This document shows, piece after piece, positions 38,720 through 49,400 of a DNA stretch of 64,000 nucleotides. The stretch's first letter is position 1, and each line of letters begins with the position of its first letter. Location: the NCBI GenBank assembly GCA_048939995.1, contig JBHLOY010000004.1, positions 96,001 through 160,000 on the forward strand. The letters are read 5' to 3'. The stretch is from Promethearchaeota archaeon (GTDB taxonomy: Archaea; Asgardarchaeota; Lokiarchaeia; Sigyniarchaeales; SOKP01). A program made the position numbers and the translations under genes. A model generated the notes under the pieces. The model saw only the letters and a program-made list of their open reading frames with translations, was not told the origin of the DNA and did no database searches.

Positions 38720-41682
38720 AATGTCTGCCTAAATATATCCATTACAGTTTGCTTACTTAACCTTATAAGTATAATATACATGCCTATAAACCCAACCATT
38801 ATTGAAATGAAGTAAACTCGGAACAAAATCTCATACGGTATCTCAAAAACTATTGGCATCTCTGTAATTAATCCTATATTAGTCTCTAGCATATATGCAC
38901 AAAAAGTTCCGATAATTGTTCCCATAGTTCCACTTGAAAGCATCAAAATTATACTTTCAATTAGGAATAATTTTCTTACATTTTTGACTTTCATGCCTAG
39001 TGATCTTAAAATGCCAATTTCGAATTTCCGTTCAAGCATTACAGCATACATAGAGCTAATTAACCCAAAGATTGCTATTGCAATAGCAAACCAATTAATA
39101 ATTTCCATTAAAGTACTTTGTCGTTCATACATATCGTTAAGAAAAGTTATTTTCGAAATAGCATCATCAATAAAAAATTCTTTATCCTCATAAGCAGATT
39201 GGATATCTTCCTTAGTTTGTTCAATATTTTCCTCTGAGTTATCGATTAGACTAAGAAATATTTTATCTACTGTCATATCTGAGCTTTCAGAATTCTCTAC
39301 ATTCATTAAGCGAATGTAATTTTCCAAAGAAACCATTACACCCCCTCCTTCTGCCATTGAAACAGAGCTTCTAAAATTGAAAAAACCTGGGATTCCTCCA
39401 GAAATCCCACAAACAGTAAAGATTAAAGGGTTTCTGACTTCATCCATGGTTTCATTTTCATAGAAAGAAAGTAATATTTTCCCACCTACATCTTCTATTC
39501 CAAGAATAGTTGCAAGTGCTCCAGAAATAACACATGTATCATTATGGCTAAAAAGTTGGTTATAGGAATATTCCGTTCCACTTCCAGCACTATTCCATAT
39601 AATTAAGTCTTCATCTATTAAATTAATAAAATTCTCTTCAATCCCTATGAAACCTGCCTCAAGAGCTTCAAATTCAGCAAGATCTGAAGCTTCAACTTTA
39701 TATTTTCTTTCTGATTGTTCCCTGTAAAATTCAAAAACATTAAGAAAAGCTTCATTGATTGACTCTTCATCAAACATGCCACCCCCTTCACTAAAGCTAT
39801 AAATTAATGATAAAGCAGAGGTAATATCGAACATATTAAATAACGTTATAGCAGTATCATCAATACCTTGTAAATGCTTGATCTCTTCTGCCATTCCTAA
39901 TGTAATAGCGTTAGGATCTCCTTCTAATCCTTGATTGACTAAAACTAAATCTGAACCATATTGAAATTGCAAATTTAAAGACATATTTTCAGATTCCATC
40001 TCAGTTACGCTTGTTATAAAAAATATAAACGAAAAGCTAATCGCAAACATTACAATTGTGCTAGTATTACGTCTTCTATTACGCTTTAATGAGATGTTAA
40101 TAATATTAGCATATTTTCGTATGGCTGGTTTAATTATTCCAAGAAAAATTTGTTGGATTAGAGGTACAATACCCACAGAGGCAAAAACTAGCCCAATTAA
40201 AATAGCACATAGTAATCCAATAAATAGACCAGCAATTAACATGAATTCCCCTGTAACCACTATGTTTGGTAGAAGAATAAAAACAACCATACCAATCGTT
40301 GCTATTGAGATCCCAATAAGAAAGCTTTTAACATTCATACTCCCTTCCTTCTTAACCTCCCATCCTTCTTCTTTAGCTCGAAAAGGAGTAATACTTTTTA
40401 TTAAATTTATTTTAGCTGTTTTTAATGCAGGTAATAAAGCAACGACCGTCGCTCCTCCTGCACCAATCAAAAACGCAAGAAGAATAGTTTGAGGTTGAAT
40501 AATATATGCAACACTTTGAAACCTAAACCCAGTCATTACAAATAAAAAGTTTACTACTGGTGGTGTTGCTACTAAACCAATTAATATTCCTAAAACTGAT
40601 CCAATTACGCCGATTGTTGCACCTTCAAATAGCACCACTTTTACTGGAAACGTTTTTCGACCACCAACAACCCTTAAAATCCCATATTCTCTTTGTCTTT
40701 CTTCACTTGAAGTAGATAATATTGAATTTATTAATATACCTGTTATTAGGATTCCAATAATTGTGATAAACCAAAATATTACAGTCATTGCAATTATCAT
40801 AAACTCTTCTGCTCCAAGCTCTTCCAATTTTGGCATTGAAACGGAGTATTCATTAATATTTAATCTTAATTGAATCCGTGTTCCGATCTCCCTTAACTTT
40901 CTTTGTGTTGTTGCTACATCTCGAATGTCATATATCGATTCAGGACTGGATAAAGTTCCGTAAATAAAATTAATTTCATTTTGTCGGTCTAAAAATAATT
41001 GTGCTTGTTCTATATTAACTAGAATCAATGAATTTTCAAATTCTGAAAATTTAAGGTCTTGCTTACAAATTGCAACGACCTCTAAATCAATTTCATTTTG
41101 TATATATTCTAAATGTATAAAGTCACCCAAAGTTACATTCATTAACTCAGCAACTTTCCATAAGATCACACATTGGCCCAATTCTGGCTCGTCTAAGTAT
41201 AGATTTCCCGTTGTTAAACCATATTGATCCACCAATTGTAAATTGCCCATATGTCCATTGCTTGCTTCTTTTAAAAAATCTAAACCATATAATTCTAAAG
41301 TGGTATTTTTATTTGTGTAATTTGATGATACTCTAATAAACATCATTATTCTAGGGAAGAATTCTTGAACTCCTTCAATATTCTGCAAATCGTTATCTAT
41401 TAAATTTTCGGCAAAAAACGGGTCATAACTAATATCTGACTGCACCCTTTTAGAAATCATGATATCGGCATTACCAGTACTACTAGTTATGATTTGCATA
41501 TAGTTATAGGACATAGTATCATTAACCATCCCTATTGCTGTTAAAAGAATGATTGAGATCATAATCCCTAATACAGCAAACAGAGCTTTAGCTTTATCCC
41601 TCTTTAAACTCAACCAAGTATGTTTCATAAAGCGTAGATTAATTCTACTTTTTATCTTATATAATATCTTTTTTATGCCCAA
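38716..41682 (-). CDS. type VII (MacB/FtsX-like) ABC permease with duplicated FtsX modules, paralogue B
   Basis: Two large extracytoplasmic loops; ERQREYGILRVVG and ERKFEIGILRSLG coupling motifs. Confidence 0.92.
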   Translation of the reverse strand: MGIKKILYKIKSRINLRFMKHTWLSLKRDKAKALFAVLGIMISIILLTAIGMVNDTMSYNYMQIITSSTGNADIMISKRVQSDISYDPFFAENLIDNDLQNIEGVQEFFPRIMMFIRVSSNYTNKNTTLELYGLDFLKEASNGHMGNLQLVDQYGLTTGNLYLDEPELGQCVILWKVAELMNVTLGDFIHLEYIQNEIDLEVVAICKQDLKFSEFENSLILVNIEQAQLFLDRQNEINFIYGTLSSPESIYDIRDVATTQRKLREIGTRIQLRLNINEYSVSMPKLEELGAEEFMIIAMTVIFWFITIIGILITGILINSILSTSSEERQREYGILRVVGGRKTFPVKVVLFEGATIGVIGSVLGILIGLVATPPVVNFLFVMTGFRFQSVAYIIQPQTILLAFLIGAGGATVVALLPALKTAKINLIKSITPFRAKEEGWEVKKEGSMNVKSFLIGISIATIGMVVFILLPNIVVTGEFMLIAGLFIGLLCAILIGLVFASVGIVPLIQQIFLGIIKPAIRKYANIINISLKRNRRRNTSTIVMFAISFSFIFFITSVTEMESENMSLNLQFQYGSDLVLVNQGLEGDPNAITLGMAEEIKHLQGIDDTAITLFNMFDITSALSLIYSFSEGGGMFDEESINEAFLNVFEFYREQSERKYKVEASDLAEFEALEAGFIGIEENFINLIDEDLIIWNSAGSGTEYSYNQLFSHNDTCVISGALATILGIEDVGGKILLSFYENETMDEVRNPLIFTVCGISGGIPGFFNFRSSVSMAEGGGVMVSLENYIRLMNVENSESSDMTVDKIFLSLIDNSEENIEQTKEDIQSAYEDKEFFIDDAISKITFLNDMYERQSTLMEIINWFAIAIAIFGLISSMYAVMLERKFEIGILRSLGMKVKNVRKLFLIESIILMLSSGTMGTIIGTFCAYMLETNIGLITEMPIVFEIPYEILFRVYFISIMVGFIGMYIILIRLSKQTVMDIFRQTF

Positions 41683-41697
41683 AATCTCACCTAAATA

Positions 41698-44600
41698 TTA
41701 ATCCAAAATACTAAATTTTCTTTTTTTTCGATCAAATTTTCTTAATAAAATCCCTTCTTTTGCCAATATATCTTTTACTTCCTCACTTTTTCTCCTTACT
41801 AATCTGATACCCTCACAATTTTTATTTTTACAGTAATAACTTTCAGAAGGTTCATCTTTAAAATACCATTTATTACAATTGATGCAGTTATATGCAACAT
41901 ATAACTGATCATGCTCACAAATGGGACAAATATAATCAAATTTGCTTGATTCGAACCATGACTTACAATATTTGCAATGTAGAGTTAATGGTATCTTAAT
42001 TTCCTTCTGTAGATCAATTTGCTTTATCTTTAAAGCTTGTTCAACTTCCTTTTGATCAACTTTTATTTTTTGTATTGCTCTAATTTTCTTCTTTCTGATC
42101 CTAACTTCTCTTTTAACTATTCTATAGGATATAAAACTAAGAATCACTATAATCACAATAATTAATGCCCATGGACCCCATGTCCTCCAATTGAAGAATC
42201 CATTTTGTATTAAAACACTTATAGATGCTTCACCTCTATTGCCTTCCTCATCAAAAGCTATGACTGTTATTTGATGGACTCCATCTGAGGAATAAGTAGT
42301 ATCCCAATTAAATCCTAAAATCCCTGTATTTCTATCAAAGCTATATAATTGTCTTTCTATTAAAATTCCGTCGATATAGATATAAATCTTTGAGTTATCT
42401 ACATTTTCATTATCAGTTATACTTGCTATTAAATAATATATTGAACTGATTATTTCTTGATCTAATGGTTTAATCAATTGGATCTCTGGGTTTATAAAAT
42501 CCGTGTTTTCATCATAACCTATATATATCTCTGAAAGTAACCATCCATAGCCTAAACCTATAGTATTATCGTTAGAATTCAAACTAAACATTACCATAAT
42601 AACTTCATTGGCATATTCTGAAATATCTAATGACTCATTCCCGGATAAAGTCTCACTATCATAAAAATACTTTTTTAACACTATCCAACTTTCTCCATAA
42701 TCTCTTGAGATAGAAACAATACAGCTATCCAAGTTTTCTCGAGAAACTCCATATTCATTTTGTAGAACAATTTCAAAATTATACTGTAAATAACTATCAT
42801 ATTCACTTCTCAAATATAGTGGATGTGTTATTAATTTTGCATTCCAATTGGGGTTATAACCTTGAGATGCACTTCCAAAGCTTTCCCCAATCCCCCCATA
42901 GAGATAAAACTGACCAAGACGCTGAATAGGGTGCCATGTATTATCTCCCCTAAACCATGCAGTATTTTCTTTAGGATCTGGTTTTCCTGTAACATAGAAA
43001 TCAGTTAATGATGCATTTGAAAACTTATACCCAATTAATTTTCCATTATAAAGTACATTAAATTGGTTCGGGAGGGGATTAATAAAATTAAAAAGTGTAT
43101 TATTCACATTGTACCATTGAGTAGTATTGATATATAGCCCATCAGATACATGAAATCTAAATGAACGGTTATCTATTTTTCCTAATAATAATGATCTGGT
43201 AAATCTGATGCTATGATTTGAATTCCATGCCCCAATTAGGTTAATCATGGAATAATTGGTTCCATCGAGTTCGATATAGACAAATTCGGGATAGTTATTG
43301 TCTCTATCTCTATAATTGCAGGAAATGCTAAAAGTTTCAAATTTAGACCCACTAGTTGCAGAGATATCCTCGTTAATATCGAATTTGATTCGGGGAGTGA
43401 ATGAATTTGAGTAGTTAGTTAGTTCAAAGTAATCTAAAATAAACCCTTTATAATTTACAGGATCAAAATTGTCATCTAATAATGATATAAATCTAAATTG
43501 GACAAAAAAACCTGCATAATCGGTTAAATTAAAACTTTCAATATGCCATTCTGTCTCTTCATTAGTAAAAACTCGTAAAGTTATCCAATTAGTCCAATTT
43601 AAGCTAATTTGTAATATGATAAAATCACCCGAATTAATACTAGTCCTAAAACCAAATCTAGCGAATGGAAGTGTTGTTTGATTATCTATTTGGGTAAGAT
43701 CAAATAGAGGACTGAATAATGTTCCATTTGGATAAGGATTAGTTAGTAAATCTGGTTGATAAGAATAATTTGAAGGATACGTATGGAATGCCCCAAAATA
43801 CATTGAGCTCCAGTTGTTCGTGTAAACTCCTGATCGATTGTCAAAATAATTCTTCTGACGTAGCAATCCCCACCCTGTCCCATTATAAATCCAGTTGCCC
43901 AAACCATTGTTAAAACTATGATTGTAAGGAAATTTTTCGCTATCATAGGGATATTCTATTGAAATCGATAATTCACCAACTTCTGGGTATCTTACTATAT
44001 GAGAACCATCACTAGCAATAAAAAAGTAGTGATAAGTAATAGCTTTTCTTAATTCAATATAATCACTAGCAAATAAAGCTCCATTGGTATAATTCATATC
44101 CATTTCATTTAGTTGAGATAATGTAAAATTCTTTGATAATTCTATGATGCTTACATATACTTCTTGAGGAGGTACATTGGAAGAATCATTATCATAGTAA
44201 TCAATATAGAACCTATAGCGATCTATTGAATAGTTTTTTGGATGATAGCTTCCTAAAAATTCTTGAAATCCCATGACAGTTGTATTCTTAACCCCTCCAT
44301 AATAGGAGATCTCTGGAATTTTCAATTTGGGAGAATAATAATTATTAACCTCAGAAATTTTTAAGGTAAAATTCCCATACCCGTAGGAGGCTTTTACAAT
44401 AATAATACATTCTGTTTGATTTTTTTTGGGGGTGAAATAAAGCGAATTCGAGTTTTGGTACCACTTTCTTGAAGTTTCTAGAATTAGTGGTTCTCCAGTG
44501 TTTTTAGATTGATTTGAAAATAAGAATAAATCAAAATTAGCAGTCTCATCTATTTCAGTTAAATTGAAGAGATATTGCTTATTTGGTATTAAGCTCACTC

Positions 44601-46431
44601 TCCGGGCAAATGCATGCTTTCCAAACGGTTTTTCAGAAGAACTATACAGATATTCATCTATAGAATTATTCACTTTCAAAAATTTTGTAAGGGCATCAAT
44701 TGCCGCCTGAATATTGACTCTTCCATAACCCTCGTGCTCATCCTTTAAACTACTTAATATTCCTGAAAAACTTGTGGGGGAGTATTGACTCTCATTAATG
44801 GAGGTTTTAGGATCATCTTCTCTTTGAAGATTCGTTTCAGAAGCAGTCATCAAAAGAATAGATTTAATAATTTTTACCCTTTCTTGAACATTTTGATTTT
44901 CCCATTCAATCCAATCACCCCATATAGCCTCAATTAAAATATTAGTTGCCGCTGATACAATAGCCGTAGAAATTGATGTTCCAGTAGCTGAGGTGGTTTT
45001 GTTCGATTTAGAGTCTGCACCTATAATTGTTCTATGATTTCGTAATTTACTACCTCCTGGTGCTACAATATCTAATTCTTTCCCCGCTCCACTGTAGGAA
45101 CTAACTTGATCTCTATCATTTATTGCTCCTACTATAATTGCATTATTTTTGAGAGCTAATTTATTTAATGTTGATTGTGTACCTTTTATGCCTAGATTTC
45201 CCGCAGCGATTGTAACAACAATTCCATTATCAATTACGTCATCAATAACCTTGTTAATTGCTCCAAAATCATTCCCTGTAATTCCTATACTTATACATGT
45301 ACTAACAATATGATATTTTGTTCTATTTTCAATTAAGCTCCCTAATGCAGAAATTAAATCAGAAGTATAACCCATTCCTGTTCGATTTACTACTTTATAA
45401 GATAAGACCTTTGTGCTATTGGCAATACCAGAAAAATGATTATTGTATTTTACATAAAACTCGGGGAAGATTAAAACATTTGAATTAAATAAGAATGCCG
45501 GAAATTTGTTAGTCTGACGATGATACTTTATATATACATCATAAACACCTAGACCACTTCCAGAAACTTGGTGGTTAATTACGTTTTGCTGATTTGGAAG
45601 TATATTTTGTGAGGTATTTACTAAATCATTATTGCAATATAACTCAAACCAAAACTTATCAATCCCTGGTTCTATCAAATTCCATGTTGAATTCAAAATT
45701 ATTTTCGAATTAATCTTTGAAGTGTTAAATGAACATACTTTTAGTGTAAAATTTCTTGGGCTTGGATCATAACCAAATAAATCTGAATGTGTGTAATTTC
45801 CATGCAAGCCTATGACTGATGGCGTATTTGAATTATATGAATCTGTCCCTGTCCCAGCAATTATAGATGAGATTAGTGTTCCATGACCAAATTCATCTGT
45901 TAATGGACTTTCATCAACAAAACTTTGTCCTCCTATTAATTTATTCCTCAAAAAAATTTGGTCGGCATTTACACCACTATCTAAGATAGCAATTGACGAA
46001 TCTGTGTTCCCATTATATCCATTTATATACCAACTTGAATTTTTTGCCCCTGATTGAAAGCTAGCATAGTTCATTTGAGTCTCAATGATCTCATCTACTT
46101 CAATATTCATTTCTGGAAATTCATTTCTAAAAAAAGTTAAGTTTGAAAGAGGAATTATACCAGCAAACCCTGAAATTCTGCTGAATAAATTATTCCAATC
46201 ATCTTTTAGTATTCCTCCATAATATTGGAATCTTACTTTTGCATTTTGATCATAAGATGATTGATTATGGAAAACAATAACATTTTCTTTACTTTTATCT
46301 GAAGCATGAGGCTGTTTTAAAGTGAGATCAGCATTAGGATGAGAAAAAGGGATGATATTGAATTGTAGAAATAACATACCAATATTAGAAATAATAAATA
46401 ATGCTAGCAAACACATGCATTTTATTTTCAA
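41698..46431 (-). CDS. giant membrane-anchored S8 subtilisin-like protease with beta-sandwich repeats and C-terminal Cys-rich tail
   Basis: Signal peptide, ILDSG, HGT, AAGN, GTSIS; Ig-like domain (DTTYSSDGVHQITVIAFDEEGN); TM helix; CKYC, CPIC, CINC, CKNKNC. Confidence 0.9.
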   Translation of the reverse strand: MKIKCMCLLALFIISNIGMLFLQFNIIPFSHPNADLTLKQPHASDKSKENVIVFHNQSSYDQNAKVRFQYYGGILKDDWNNLFSRISGFAGIIPLSNLTFFRNEFPEMNIEVDEIIETQMNYASFQSGAKNSSWYINGYNGNTDSSIAILDSGVNADQIFLRNKLIGGQSFVDESPLTDEFGHGTLISSIIAGTGTDSYNSNTPSVIGLHGNYTHSDLFGYDPSPRNFTLKVCSFNTSKINSKIILNSTWNLIEPGIDKFWFELYCNNDLVNTSQNILPNQQNVINHQVSGSGLGVYDVYIKYHRQTNKFPAFLFNSNVLIFPEFYVKYNNHFSGIANSTKVLSYKVVNRTGMGYTSDLISALGSLIENRTKYHIVSTCISIGITGNDFGAINKVIDDVIDNGIVVTIAAGNLGIKGTQSTLNKLALKNNAIIVGAINDRDQVSSYSGAGKELDIVAPGGSKLRNHRTIIGADSKSNKTTSATGTSISTAIVSAATNILIEAIWGDWIEWENQNVQERVKIIKSILLMTASETNLQREDDPKTSINESQYSPTSFSGILSSLKDEHEGYGRVNIQAAIDALTKFLKVNNSIDEYLYSSSEKPFGKHAFARRVSLIPNKQYLFNLTEIDETANFDLFLFSNQSKNTGEPLILETSRKWYQNSNSLYFTPKKNQTECIIIVKASYGYGNFTLKISEVNNYYSPKLKIPEISYYGGVKNTTVMGFQEFLGSYHPKNYSIDRYRFYIDYYDNDSSNVPPQEVYVSIIELSKNFTLSQLNEMDMNYTNGALFASDYIELRKAITYHYFFIASDGSHIVRYPEVGELSISIEYPYDSEKFPYNHSFNNGLGNWIYNGTGWGLLRQKNYFDNRSGVYTNNWSSMYFGAFHTYPSNYSYQPDLLTNPYPNGTLFSPLFDLTQIDNQTTLPFARFGFRTSINSGDFIILQISLNWTNWITLRVFTNEETEWHIESFNLTDYAGFFVQFRFISLLDDNFDPVNYKGFILDYFELTNYSNSFTPRIKFDINEDISATSGSKFETFSISCNYRDRDNNYPEFVYIELDGTNYSMINLIGAWNSNHSIRFTRSLLLGKIDNRSFRFHVSDGLYINTTQWYNVNNTLFNFINPLPNQFNVLYNGKLIGYKFSNASLTDFYVTGKPDPKENTAWFRGDNTWHPIQRLGQFYLYGGIGESFGSASQGYNPNWNAKLITHPLYLRSEYDSYLQYNFEIVLQNEYGVSRENLDSCIVSISRDYGESWIVLKKYFYDSETLSGNESLDISEYANEVIMVMFSLNSNDNTIGLGYGWLLSEIYIGYDENTDFINPEIQLIKPLDQEIISSIYYLIASITDNENVDNSKIYIYIDGILIERQLYSFDRNTGILGFNWDTTYSSDGVHQITVIAFDEEGNRGEASISVLIQNGFFNWRTWGPWALIIVIIVILSFISYRIVKREVRIRKKKIRAIQKIKVDQKEVEQALKIKQIDLQKEIKIPLTLHCKYCKSWFESSKFDYICPICEHDQLYVAYNCINCNKWYFKDEPSESYYCKNKNCEGIRLVRRKSEEVKDILAKEGILLRKFDRKKRKFSILD

Positions 46432-46433
46432 TT

Positions 46434-49400
46434 TCAGTTTTCTATCTCTCCTTTTTGTATTTTAGATATCTTATCTAATTCCTCTTTTAATGAACTCTTT
46501 ATTTTTAGAATTGAATCCCTTGGACCAGTCCTGAAAAGTGAGGCCTCAAGTCTTTGGATTTCAAACTTTTTCGACTTTTGAGAATAATTATGCCTTAAGA
46601 AAATAATTAAGACACTTAATGAAGTTAAAAAAGGGATTAATATAAAATAAAATTGAGTCATTATGGGAATGATCATTTTTACTTCAATAATGTTTGAAAT
46701 ATCTATTTTTTTTCTTAAAAAGAAGTATTCAATTCTCGCTGCTTTTAAAGTAATAATAGATTGCGACTTAGCTCTTATTTTATATATCATTAAAACAGTT
46801 TCATTTGGAGCAATGCAACTAATCCTAGTAATCAAGCTTCCCTCAACAAGTTCGAAATATATTTGGTTAAAACTGACAATATCACTTAATGTGATGTTTT
46901 TGATACAAATATTACCAATGTTTCTAACTGTTATTTCTACACTAATTACATCTCCAACTTCAATCTGGTTTTTACTTACAGATTTATGAATAAATAATGA
47001 AATATTTCCGAGTACAATTGATTCGGAGACAGCAATTTGAAAAACCCTGCTATCCTTATTATCGATGAAATTGATAGAAGGGTAATAATAACCCTTCCAA
47101 TCCCTTTTTTTTAATAGAAAATCGAATTTTTTTGAACTATTAAAATTTAAATCCTTTATAGAATAATTATTAGAAGGATTCCTATAAATCAAATCTCCAA
47201 ATTGATCACTCAAAGTTATATTTATTTGGGATATAGGAAATTCTACAATCCCTGTATTTTTCATAATAATAGATAGATTAAATAGATCGCCAATTAAAGG
47301 GCTAAAATTTGAAGAGTTATAAGAAATCCCAAATGAATGAACAAATGGAATGTAATTAATATAATCGATAAAAGCAAATATATTAACTTCATTTGGTATG
47401 GAACTTAATTTACTGGTATTGGTATTATAGATTAAGCTTGGATTCCTATAAGTAACTCTTGCGTTAAATATAGACTCAGAATTTGGTACATAAAAGCTAA
47501 AATTAACTTCTTTGCCTTCTAAAGGAGCAAGTTCAGGTAAAAAATAGGTTAAATGATTCTGATCAATAGAAAAATCATTGGCATCCTTAACGATACCGGG
47601 GATCAAAATTGAAATATTAATATCATAAGCAATCTTGGTACCAATATTTTGAAAATACAAGTTATAAGTATTTATCTCACCTGCCTTAGCACTATAATTA
47701 CCTAGATAAGCAAAGGATATAATAGAACTCATATTATTAGTGCTAAGTGAAACTGAATTAGACCTATGGACATATTGTACGTTTCCAGTCTGAGAAGAAT
47801 AAATTACTCTAGCACTTGAACTAGTGTATTCATTTACATTTCGATAGGAGAAAAATATATCAAAGTCATTAATAGAAATATTAAAAGAGTTTGAATCCTC
47901 TCCGCTTATACGTATGATAACTGTGTAATTATTTTGTTCATATGGATCGAACAACCAATTTAAATTCCTATTTACATTTGTATAGAAATAAGTAGAAGTC
48001 TCATTTTCTCTTGAGTCTAAATTGGGATTCATATCTATATATTCTTCTAAGGAATAATCAAAGATTTCAAATGAAATAAGATCGAAAGGATCAGTATAAT
48101 TAATAGTAATAGAAACGCTATCTATAGACTTATTAATAAGGTTTATATTAGTTTGATTTTGAAAAATAAAAACAAGTTCTAATTCATACTGATTTGCATA
48201 CTGTTCCTCTGATTCGATTATCCAACTATCTTTATCATTAGATAATGCCATGTAGGGATTTGTACCTCCAATAGAATTACCAGAGATCATAACAGGTAAT
48301 ACCGGGGTCTCTTTAATAGTAAAGTTGAATCTATAAAATTCAGAATAAGAGTCAAATGCATTTATAGAAAGGTTTGAGTAGATATAGGAAATCTTCTGAT
48401 TTGGATTCAATTTCCAATTTTGTTTGTTCCAGATGCTATTTTCATTGGTAAATAACTCTTTAACTTCATTTGGATCCAGAATTGTTAAATAAATGGGATA
48501 TGCATCAAACAAAATATCTAAAACATTATCTGCATCACTATTATATGGCCAGAGATTTGAGATATTATTGATATTGGGATAGTAAGTATCAATTATACCT
48601 ACTCCTAGCGAATCAAAATAAAAAATACGGGGGTCCTCATCAAAATTAAAAAAATCTTCTAAAGAATTATATTCATTAGGATATTCAATTCTCACAATTT
48701 CCCACAAATCATCTAGAAGTGCATCACTGAACGGACCAGCAAGAATTGAAAAGATATCTTCAAGACTTAAAGGAAAAGGTGTTTTTACTCCCCAAACAGA
48801 CTGATTACCTACATTATGAGCAGTTATATTAAATAAGAAATCTTGAAAAACTCCAAATGAAGCATTACTATTTACTAATTGTTTTTTTATAATTAAATTT
48901 GAATCAGAAGTATTTGTAAGATATGTAATTCTAAAATCTTGGATGGGGTCAAAAATACCAGTTGGAATACCTGATAGTCCTTGAAATCCTAGAAGAGGTA
49001 AAAAGTTAATGAAGTCGGTATCATCATTCAAATTTACTGGTTTGATATAACTCCGTTTAATCCCCCCTTGATCTACCCAGAATAAATTGAAGGTATAATC
49101 TCTTACGATATCCATGTCAAACTCCACATCTGCATAAAATAGTATTAGTTCAATTTGTTCTAGAAGAAATTCATATAAATTGAAGTATCTCGGCGTCATA
49201 TCTATAATCTCAGTGCAGAGTATGTTTATGTCAATTGCACTCATAAAAGCACCTGTTAATACAATAAAAATCTTTTCGCTTGGTCTCAGAGATTCCCCAG
49301 AATAATTTAATGCATCCCATAAATTAAACTCATATCGGTTTTTGCCGACCCTCTTAATAGCTCCTTCCATGCCCTCATATTGTATCATTAGACTGGTATA

